A DNA stretch of 45,569 bases from Thermoplasmatales archaeon SW_10_69_26 (GTDB lineage Archaea; Thermoplasmatota; SW-10-69-26), in the NCBI GenBank assembly GCA_003009755.1, contig PXUB01000006.1, positions 1 to 45,569 of the forward strand, written 5' to 3'. Shown piece after piece: positions 38,238 through 45,569 of this stretch. The notes beneath the pieces were generated by a model. The model made no database searches and had not been told where the DNA came from. It saw only the letters and a program-made list of their open reading frames with translations. A program made the position numbers and the translations under genes. The stretch's first letter is position 1; each line of letters begins with the position of its first letter.

Positions 38238-39407
38238 GTGCGGGTCCTGATCGTCGCCGCGGCCGACCCGGCCCGCCACACCGGCGGTGCCGAACGCGTG
38301 GCCGCCTGCTTGGCCGAGGGCTTGGGCCACGAGCACGAGGTGACCGTGCTCAGCCTCGCCGACGAGGCCCCCGACCCGGGCCCGGTGCCCTGGACGAGGC
38401 TCACCGTTCCACTCCAGGCGCCCTATCACCCGGCCGAGGCCGAGGGGGCCTCGATCGTCGAGCAAGGGGTCTGGCACGTCAAGGAGCTGCACGGCGAGGG
38501 CATGCGAGACCGCCTGGACAGGGCGCTGGCCGAGACCGGGCCCTTCGACGTGGCCTCGGTCCACAACATCCAGGGCTTGGGGTTCGGCGTGTTCGACGCC
38601 TTGGCCGCGCACGGGATCGCGACCGTGTACACGGCGCACGATTTCAAGCTGGCCTCCCCCGTCCTCAACCGCCGGCCCGAGGGCATCGGCCGCGTGGCCG
38701 CGGCTCTGGAACCGGCCTACCAGGCCTGGGTGCGCCGTCGCACCCGATCCCTCGACCGCGTCGTCACGCCCTCACGCTACCTCGGGCGTGAGCTCGTCGA
38801 CGAGGGGGTCGTCGAACCCGACGAGCTAGCGATCGTGCCCAACGGCGTCCCGACCGACGTCGACCACGTGCTCGATAGCCCCGATCCGCGGTTGACGATG
38901 TACGGCGCCCTCGCCGAGCACAAGGGCGTGCTCGCCTTCGTCGAGGCCTTCGCCGCCTCGAGCGCCGACCTCGACCTCGACGTCGCCGGCACCGGTCCCC
39001 TCGCCGAGGAGATCCAGGCGATCACCGAGACCGATCCCCGCATCGATCACCTCGGGTTCGTCGACGAGGAGCAGCTGGCCACCCAGGTCGCCAACAGCCT
39101 GGCGACCGTCGTGCCCTCCCGCTGGCCGGAGAACTGCCCGATGGTCGTCCTCGAGAGCCTCGCCGCCGGCACGCCCGTCGTGCACACCGCCCGCGGCGGG
39201 TTGGCCGAGATCTGCCCGCCCGGCGAGCTCGGCGTGCGCCTGCCCGAGCACCCCGTCGACTGGAACGACGCGATCGAGACCCTGAACGAGGAGCGGTTGA
39301 TCGCGATGCGGCCGCGGTGCCGCAAGGTCGCCGAGCAGCGCTACTCGGTCCCCCGCATGGTGGAGGCTTACGAGCACCAGTTCCGAGACGTCACGGGAGG
39401 GAGCTGA
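38238..39407 (+). CDS. GT4 glycosyltransferase
   Basis: GGAE, HN, TAHDF, PNGV, HKG, ENCPMVVLES. Confidence 0.92.
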   Translation: MRVLIVAAADPARHTGGAERVAACLAEGLGHEHEVTVLSLADEAPDPGPVPWTRLTVPLQAPYHPAEAEGASIVEQGVWHVKELHGEGMRDRLDRALAETGPFDVASVHNIQGLGFGVFDALAAHGIATVYTAHDFKLASPVLNRRPEGIGRVAAALEPAYQAWVRRRTRSLDRVVTPSRYLGRELVDEGVVEPDELAIVPNGVPTDVDHVLDSPDPRLTMYGALAEHKGVLAFVEAFAASSADLDLDVAGTGPLAEEIQAITETDPRIDHLGFVDEEQLATQVANSLATVVPSRWPENCPMVVLESLAAGTPVVHTARGGLAEICPPGELGVRLPEHPVDWNDAIETLNEERLIAMRPRCRKVAEQRYSVPRMVEAYEHQFRDVTGGS

Positions 39408-39410
39408 CCC

Positions 39411-41318
39411 GTGGCGATCGATCACGCCCGCCGGCCGGCCGCCAGGGTCGACCGAGGCTCGGGCTGGCTGGTGGCGACGGCGCTGGCTGCCCTCGCCGTG
39501 GCCGTGGTCGCCAAAGCCCTCGGATCGGCCCCCTACCTCGTCGTGATCGGCGGCCTCGCCTTGGGCGCGGTGGCCTTGGCCGTGCACGCCTGGCTGGTCG
39601 GCTCCCGGGTCGATCCCTACGCGGGGCCGATCGCGTTCAAACTGGCGATCTTGGCCGTCACGATCTTCCTCCAGCCGAGCCTCGTCGGGCGCGATCCCCA
39701 CTTCGAGGTCGCCGTCACCGAGCGGTTGCTGGCCTCGGGCACGTGGGAGCCGGGCCTAGGGTTCGTCTCCCAGAAGGCCACCGGGTACGCCCACTACCCG
39801 GGGTTGAGCTTCGTGACCGGCACCCTGGCCGCCCTGACGGGGGTCGAGGTGCAGGCGCTGGCTCGCCTGGTGCCCCCGGCGTTGACGTTGACCGCGCTCG
39901 TCATCGTGGTCACGCTGGCGCGCGAGGTGCTGGCCGACGACCGGCTGGCCGCCTGGGTCGGTCTCGCCTGGGCGGCGTTCTCGTTGACGAACGTCTTCCA
40001 GGCGATGTACGTCCACGAGTCGCTGGGGTTCGTGTTCTTCCTGGCGGGCATCCTGTTCCTGTTCCGCTACGCCCGCCGCCACGATCCCGTCTTCTTGGCC
40101 GCGTTCGTGCTCGTGGCCGCCGCGTTGGTGTTCACCCACCACCTCAGCACCGCGTTCCTGTTGACCTTCCTGATCCTGTTCGTCCTCAGCCACCACGCGC
40201 TCGAGGGCGTAGGCTTGGGCTCGGGCGTCTCGAGCGCCTGGCTGCCGGTGCCGGTGAGCGTGTTCGCCGTGTTCGCCGTCGGCTACACCGTCGTGTTCGG
40301 CGATCCCAGCGTGCTCGGCCAGTTCGACTCCCTGTTCGACACGATCACCAGCCCGATTGGTGACCCGGCAGGCCAGCCGCCGCCGGATCCGGTCGCCAAC
40401 GGCTCGAGCGCGAGCGCAGGCGCCGACGGCTCCGCGAACGCCTCGACCGGTGACACGCCGGACCCGAACGTGCAGGAGGCGGTGTTCTACGAGCGCCAGG
40501 GCCGGGACGTGTTCATCTTCAACACGCGCGCCGTGCTCACCGTCGCGCTCGTCGCCTTCGGCCTGCTCAACGTGGCCTGGCGGGCCGTGCACGGCACGCT
40601 CGACGGTCGGCGGGTGTCGCTGCTGGCGTGGTCGGGCGTCTTGCTCGGCATCATGCTCGCGGTCTACGTCACGAACGTGACCGTCGGCCTCGACGCTCCC
40701 CGCATGCTGCCCTGGGGCTACGTGTTCTTGCTCGTGCTGGCCGCCGACGTGCCCTCCCGGGAGTCGGTGTTCGCCTCGGCGCGGGAACGGTTGGCTCCGA
40801 TCCGCGACAAGATCGGCGACGTGGCCGCGCTCGTGCCCAGCCCCCGCCCGGTGCTGGCCGTCGTCGGCGCCCTGCTGGTCGTCTTCGCCACCTTCCAGTT
40901 GTACACGCTGTCGCCCCACCTGCTCAGCGACGACCGCGAGCCCGCCCACTACCGCAGCCAGGTGCGGATGTACTACGCGACCGACGAGCAAGCGATGGCC
41001 GACTGGGTCGACGAGGAGCTCGACGACGGCACCGTCGTGTACGGCGACCTGACCACCCACGAGTTGGTGGGTCCGATGGCGCACGGCGAGGTGCACGCCA
41101 CCGGGTCCTACGTGTACAGCGGCGACGGCGAACCCGTCGGCGAGACCTACATCCTCTGGCGCGAGGAGATGACCGACCTCTACTTGGGCCTGGACAAGAG
41201 CCTCTCGTTGGTGTTCTTCCCCGTCGACGAGGACCAGCGCCGCACGTTCGCGACCTCCCCCGCCTACGCGAAACTGTACGACACGCCCAACACGGGAGCC
41301 TACGTCTATGCCGAGTGA
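39411..41318 (+). CDS. Polytopic membrane protein (DUF2206/GT-C-like)
   Basis: Many TM helices, GRDPHFE loop, YPG, THH, soluble C-terminal domain ending KLYD. Confidence 0.75.
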   Translation: MAIDHARRPAARVDRGSGWLVATALAALAVAVVAKALGSAPYLVVIGGLALGAVALAVHAWLVGSRVDPYAGPIAFKLAILAVTIFLQPSLVGRDPHFEVAVTERLLASGTWEPGLGFVSQKATGYAHYPGLSFVTGTLAALTGVEVQALARLVPPALTLTALVIVVTLAREVLADDRLAAWVGLAWAAFSLTNVFQAMYVHESLGFVFFLAGILFLFRYARRHDPVFLAAFVLVAAALVFTHHLSTAFLLTFLILFVLSHHALEGVGLGSGVSSAWLPVPVSVFAVFAVGYTVVFGDPSVLGQFDSLFDTITSPIGDPAGQPPPDPVANGSSASAGADGSANASTGDTPDPNVQEAVFYERQGRDVFIFNTRAVLTVALVAFGLLNVAWRAVHGTLDGRRVSLLAWSGVLLGIMLAVYVTNVTVGLDAPRMLPWGYVFLLVLAADVPSRESVFASARERLAPIRDKIGDVAALVPSPRPVLAVVGALLVVFATFQLYTLSPHLLSDDREPAHYRSQVRMYYATDEQAMADWVDEELDDGTVVYGDLTTHELVGPMAHGEVHATGSYVYSGDGEPVGETYILWREEMTDLYLGLDKSLSLVFFPVDEDQRRTFATSPAYAKLYDTPNTGAYVYAE

Positions 41319-41365
41319 CACTACCACGCACCGAGCCGCGAGGAGCGCCGGGAGGGGCCCGCCGG

Positions 41366-42130
41366 ATGGCTAGCTTGACCTCCTGGCTGTTGCTGGTGAT
41401 CGTGGGCCCGGTCCTGTTGCTGGCGCCCGGCTACCTGGCCCTGTCGATCACGCGGGCCTGCGGCTGGATGGGGGTCGACACGAGCAGCCTCTACGAGACG
41501 CTCGGGCTCTCGGCGGCCCTCAGCCTGTCCGCGATCGTGCTCGTCGGGTTCGCGCTCTCGCAGACCCTCGGGCTGTCCCGGCAGACCCTGCTCGTCACCC
41601 ACCTGGTCCTGCTCGGGGGACTGGCCCTGGGAGCCACGCAGGCCGGGGCGGACCAGGCGCGCGCCGACGAGGCCCCGACCGAGCCTGGGCCCTCGCCGGC
41701 GAGCCCGACCTCGGCCGTCGTGATCGGGGTCGCCCTGGTCGTCGTCGCCCTCGGAGCCGGCCTCTACGACGGGACCGACCCCTACACGGAAGCCCACTAC
41801 GCCAACGCCTCGGAGGTCGACCCGATCGCGCACGTCGCCCCCGAGCAGCCGATCGCGTGGACCCTGACCGTCGAGAACCACGAGCAGCGCACGGTCACCT
41901 ACACCCTAGAGACGCGGCTGTTCCCCGAGAACGCGACGAACACCTCGCGCGAGGCCGGCTGGCCGGTGCACGAGGACCAGCTGAGGCTCGCGGACGGCGA
42001 GCAGGCCCAGGTGGACGTGTCGTTCTCGGCGCCCTCGTGTTGTCTGTGGACGGCTCGCACCTACGTCGACCTCGACCACCGCGAGGAGCCGTTGACGATG
42101 CACCGCTGGGTCGAGGTCCACACGGGCTGA
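41366..42130 (+). CDS. DUF1616 domain membrane protein
   Basis: LLAPGY, LSAALS, YTE.HY, VENHE...YTL, HRWVEV; alternative GTG start at 41315. Confidence 0.8.
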   Translation: MASLTSWLLLVIVGPVLLLAPGYLALSITRACGWMGVDTSSLYETLGLSAALSLSAIVLVGFALSQTLGLSRQTLLVTHLVLLGGLALGATQAGADQARADEAPTEPGPSPASPTSAVVIGVALVVVALGAGLYDGTDPYTEAHYANASEVDPIAHVAPEQPIAWTLTVENHEQRTVTYTLETRLFPENATNTSREAGWPVHEDQLRLADGEQAQVDVSFSAPSCCLWTARTYVDLDHREEPLTMHRWVEVHTG

Positions 42131-42131
42131 G

Positions 42132-43553
42132 TTACACCTCGCCCTCGGGCTCGCCGATATCGGGCAGCTCGGGCTGCCAGACGATCCACAACACGACGAG
42201 GTAGACCAAGGCCGCCCCCGAGACCGCGCCGGCCAGACCCACGTAGCCTTCCAACCGGGGCAGGGCGAGCAGGCTGGCCGCCATCGCGCCCGTCCCCAGA
42301 CCCACGCCGACCCACAACCGCCCGTCGTTGACGATGGCGAAGGCTCCACCCACGCGGTAGGCCTTCAACGCGAACGTCAACGCGTACGTGACGACGGTCG
42401 TGGCGGCGGCGCCGAGCACGCCCCAGATCGGGATCGCGGCGAGGTTGGCGAGGAGGTTGACGCCGGCGCCGGCGGCGTGGATCACGGACAACGGGCGAGT
42501 CGACTCCTCGAGCTGGTAGGCGCGGTTGAACGAGAACTCCTGGAAACCGAGCAGGAAGGCACCGCTGGCGACGAAGGGCACCAGCACGCGGCCGACCTCC
42601 GCGTAGGCTGGATCCAGCAGGATGCGGGTCAGATCGCCGGCGACGAGGCTGAGCCCCACGGTGGCGGGGACGCCCAAGGCCACGAGGTAGTTGACGTTCT
42701 CCTCGAGGATCTCGACGACGCGGCCCGCAAGCTGGCCCTCGTAGGCCGCGACGGCGCGCGGGAAGTAGGACAGGCTGACCGCCATCAACGGCACGAAGAT
42801 GGCCTGCTGGGCGATGTCGTAGCTGACCGCGTACACGCCGGCCGCGCCCGAGTCCACGAGCACGCCCAACAGGATGCGGTCGATCTGCGCCATCACGTAC
42901 GTGAACACGAACATCGCGGCCAAGGGCAGCCCGTAGGTGCGCAGCCGTCGGCGATCGTCCCCGTCCAGGGCCGGCCCCTCGTCGGTGGGGATGCCCACCG
43001 CCAGCAGACCGGCTCCAGCGAGGAAGCCGGCCGCCACGCCGGCCAAGGGACCCACGAAGGTGCCCAACGTCAACGCCAGCCCGCCGCCGAGGCCGAGCAT
43101 GGCCACGGCTTTCGTGACCAGCCCGGCCGCGTAGCGGGCCGAGTCCTCGACGCTTCGCCGGTACTCGAGGTGCAGCTCGAACAGGCCCTGGCAGGCCAGC
43201 ACGGCCGCGACGCCCGCGGCCAGGATCGCGGCTCGGGCGTCGAGCCAGACGTAGGCGCCCGCGGCGGCCAGCAAGCCCACCACGACCACCAGCCCGACGA
43301 GGGCGGCGTACCGGCGGCGGGCGTGGGCCAGCACCGCGAACCGCTGGGGGTCGTCCCCGGTGCTGAACCGCAGCACGAAGTGCTTGATCCAGTTGAAGAA
43401 GACGGCGTTGCCCAGCGCGGCCGTGGCGAGCCCGATCGCGTACAGCCCGTACTCGCTGGGCGGCAGAAGCCGGCTGAACACGACCAAGGCACCGAACTGC
43501 AGCAGGCTGTAGGTGCCTCGCCCGCCGACGTAAACCAGCGTGTCCCGGTCCAC
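42132..43553 (-). CDS. Wzx-like oligosaccharide flippase
   Basis: About 13 TM helices; SRLLPPSEYGLY, YGLPL, IDRILL, AGVYAV, G..GAA. Confidence 0.9.
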   Translation of the reverse strand: MDRDTLVYVGGRGTYSLLQFGALVVFSRLLPPSEYGLYAIGLATAALGNAVFFNWIKHFVLRFSTGDDPQRFAVLAHARRRYAALVGLVVVVGLLAAAGAYVWLDARAAILAAGVAAVLACQGLFELHLEYRRSVEDSARYAAGLVTKAVAMLGLGGGLALTLGTFVGPLAGVAAGFLAGAGLLAVGIPTDEGPALDGDDRRRLRTYGLPLAAMFVFTYVMAQIDRILLGVLVDSGAAGVYAVSYDIAQQAIFVPLMAVSLSYFPRAVAAYEGQLAGRVVEILEENVNYLVALGVPATVGLSLVAGDLTRILLDPAYAEVGRVLVPFVASGAFLLGFQEFSFNRAYQLEESTRPLSVIHAAGAGVNLLANLAAIPIWGVLGAAATTVVTYALTFALKAYRVGGAFAIVNDGRLWVGVGLGTGAMAASLLALPRLEGYVGLAGAVSGAALVYLVVLWIVWQPELPDIGEPEGEV

Positions 43554-43596
43554 GCCGCCTAGCCCCCCCGTAGGTGGCGTGCTGCCGGCGTGGGGG

Positions 43597-44871
43597 TCAT
43601 CGCGACGCCGGGGTGGGGGCCAGCTGGGCGTCCAGCACGTCCCGGGCCGGTTGGCGGGCCCGGGTCTGGACCTCGGGCATCCGCGCCGCCAACCGCTGGG
43701 CGTAGCCCTGCCGGGCGCGCATCAGGCGCTGGAACCCGTCGCGGAGCTTGTGAGGGGTCAGCTCGGCGATGTCCAGCACCCAGTCCTCGAGGCCGAACAT
43801 CTCCATGATGCCGTCCGTCTTCGGCAGGTAGGAGACGGCCAACGTCGGGACGCGCCCGCACAGCGCGAACACGTTGGAGTGCATGCGGGTGCCGACGAAG
43901 GCGTCCATCCGGGCGATGGCGGCGATCAGCTCCCGGGGGGTCAGCTCGGGGTCGAGGCTGTGCACGTTGGCCGGCCGATCGGACCAGTCCATCAGCTCCT
44001 CGAGGTCCGCCAGCGCGATCCGGTCATCGTCGTCGCCGGGCCCGGTGACCTGTGGGACGAACACGAAATCCACGTCCTCGTGGTCGCGGAACAGGTCCCC
44101 GTAGGCGGCCAGGTAGCGCTCGTAGCGGGCCTGGGTCTGGTCCAAGCCGGGGAAGTGCCACCGACGGACCGTGAACCCGACGACGGGGGGCTCCAGCTGG
44201 TGCACCGCGTCGATCGCCTCGCGAGCCGCGGACGTGGGGTCGGCCTCGAGAGCGAACGCAGGGTCGGGGGCCAGGGTGAGGGGGGCGTCGACGTCGAGGT
44301 GCTGCACGAAGCTTTCGGAAACGGGTTCACGGACGTAGACGTGCTCGGCGCGGGCCAGGGTGCGGGCGAGCAGGCGGCGTTCGATGCCGCTGGCCGGGCC
44401 GATCGATTGCGGCAACAGGTGGACGTCCAGCCCGGCGCGGTCGGCCAGCCACAGCTGGGCCAGGTGCACGTACAGGCCCATCCGGAAGGAATCGTGCAGG
44501 TAGCCGCCGCCGCAAGCCAGCGCCAGGTCGGCCTCGCGGGCTCGGGCCAGAAACCGGCGAGCCTCGGGCGAGGCCCAGCGGCCGTCCCCGCGGGCCCCGG
44601 CCCACGAGGTTGGGAACCGCCACAACAGCTGGGCGAGCCAGTGCCGGGCCTGAGCGGCCTTGCCGGCCTCGGGGTCGGGCACCGGGACGGGGGCCTCGAT
44701 CACCTCGATCCGGGGATCGGTGTAGTAGGCGCGGTCCGCCTGCGGGTCCAGGGACACGAGCGTGAACCCCACGTCCTCGTCGACCGCCCAGAACGAGGAC
44801 AGGATGCCCTGCACGATGCCGCCATCGCCCTTGTTCCGGTGGCTGTAGGTGTTCGTCAGCAGGATCTGCAT
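43597..44871 (-). CDS. Polysaccharide pyruvyl transferase (WcaK-like)
   Basis: NKGD, CGGGY, QSIGP, YVRE..S, DPAF, GTRMHS, YLPKT. Confidence 0.92.
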   Translation of the reverse strand: MQILLTNTYSHRNKGDGGIVQGILSSFWAVDEDVGFTLVSLDPQADRAYYTDPRIEVIEAPVPVPDPEAGKAAQARHWLAQLLWRFPTSWAGARGDGRWASPEARRFLARAREADLALACGGGYLHDSFRMGLYVHLAQLWLADRAGLDVHLLPQSIGPASGIERRLLARTLARAEHVYVREPVSESFVQHLDVDAPLTLAPDPAFALEADPTSAAREAIDAVHQLEPPVVGFTVRRWHFPGLDQTQARYERYLAAYGDLFRDHEDVDFVFVPQVTGPGDDDDRIALADLEELMDWSDRPANVHSLDPELTPRELIAAIARMDAFVGTRMHSNVFALCGRVPTLAVSYLPKTDGIMEMFGLEDWVLDIAELTPHKLRDGFQRLMRARQGYAQRLAARMPEVQTRARQPARDVLDAQLAPTPASR

Positions 44872-45078
44872 GGGCCGACCTCCGGTCACCGCTCGCCGAG
44901 GCAAGCGGCGACCCAGCGCCACATCCGGGTCGAGGGATTCGGTTTCGGTGAAGCGCCTGTTGGGCGGGACCAACAGCCTCCCGACGGTGCGAGCCCTCGC
45001 TTGCCGCCGGCCGTGGCCCCGCTGGGGAAGACCTTCGCGTCAACCCCCTTGCCGGTCCCCGCGCCTGTCGCGCTCGCC

Positions 45079-45338
45079 ATGGTCGACCAGCGCACCGTCG
45101 CCAAGACGTTCGGCTACGTGTTCGTGGCCATCGGCGTGCTCGGCTTCGTCCCGAACCCGCTCGTGAGCGCGGACGGGCTGTTCCAGGTGAACGCCACGCA
45201 CAACATCGTGCACCTGCTGTCCGGCATCGTCGCCCTCGTCGCCGGGTACGAGCGGGAATCCCACGCCCGCACCTACAACTCGGTTTCGGGGCCGTGTACG
45301 GTCTCGTCACCGCGCTCGGGTTCCTCGGCGTCTCCTAG
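45079..45338 (+). pseudogene. DUF4383-like membrane protein, frameshifted and truncated
   Basis: GVLGFVP...LFQVNATHNIVHLLSG; a 1-nt loss near 45279 shifts the natural continuation GFGAVYGLVTALGFLGVS, which stops at 45336-45338. Confidence 0.7.
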
Positions 45339-45372
45339 ACTGCCGGACATGCTTGGGTTAAGCTCTCGCCGT

Positions 45373-45556
45373 GAGGGGGGGTCACGGAGACCGCTCCCCC
45401 TCGATTTGGTGAACATTTTCTGGCCGACCGCTCGTAGGGGGAGACCGTGGGACCGGAAATGTTCTGGTGCGCCGGTCTGAGGCGGGCAATCTTGCTGTAC
45501 GGATCGAAGATCCGTACGCAGCCGAGACCGGTCTGCGTGGCAGACCGGTGCTCGGC
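45373..45556. repeat. Chain of four hairpins related to the cox3-end cassettes
   Basis: Stems 45373-45379/45396-45402, 45411-45423/45453-45464, 45497-45517 and 45521-45556; CGGATCGAAGATCCG is identical to the cores at 265-279 and 526-540. Confidence 0.75.
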
Positions 45557-45569
45557 CGTTGTCGCCCCC

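Overview
GC-rich archaeal window with acidic proteins. Dph2, MfnA, an archaeosortase and the archaeal-type regulator-HMG-CoA synthase-thiolase-DUF35 operon establish an archaeon; a halophilic Thermoplasmatota-like lineage is inferred, not shown. It carries an A-type heme-copper oxidase (cox1-cox3 divergent from a cox2 fused to extra cupredoxin domains), pccB, two stand-alone GAF proteins, a DUF62 SAM hydrolase, sortase-targeted surface proteins, a solo HerA-like ATPase, a CxxxY-type CcmE, a SatD/DUF3307 pair, the upper mevalonate operon, a Nudix hydrolase, tRNA-Ile(GAT), glmU/glmS with decayed neighbours and a surface-glycan cluster. The most unusual signal is non-coding. A ~130-150 bp cassette sits at the 3' ends of two unrelated genes (cox3, as a tandem array, and tRNA-Ile). 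It consists of an inverted copy of the gene end, two further hairpins joined by a GATTC-like linker, and a second copy of the gene end; related hairpins recur at the right edge of the window. Other highlights are a 30-aa membrane peptide coupled between HMG-CoA synthase and thiolase, a Cys-to-Asp change at the thiolase nucleophile, and three palindromic operators upstream of SatD. Starts were refined by eye and no searches were run.
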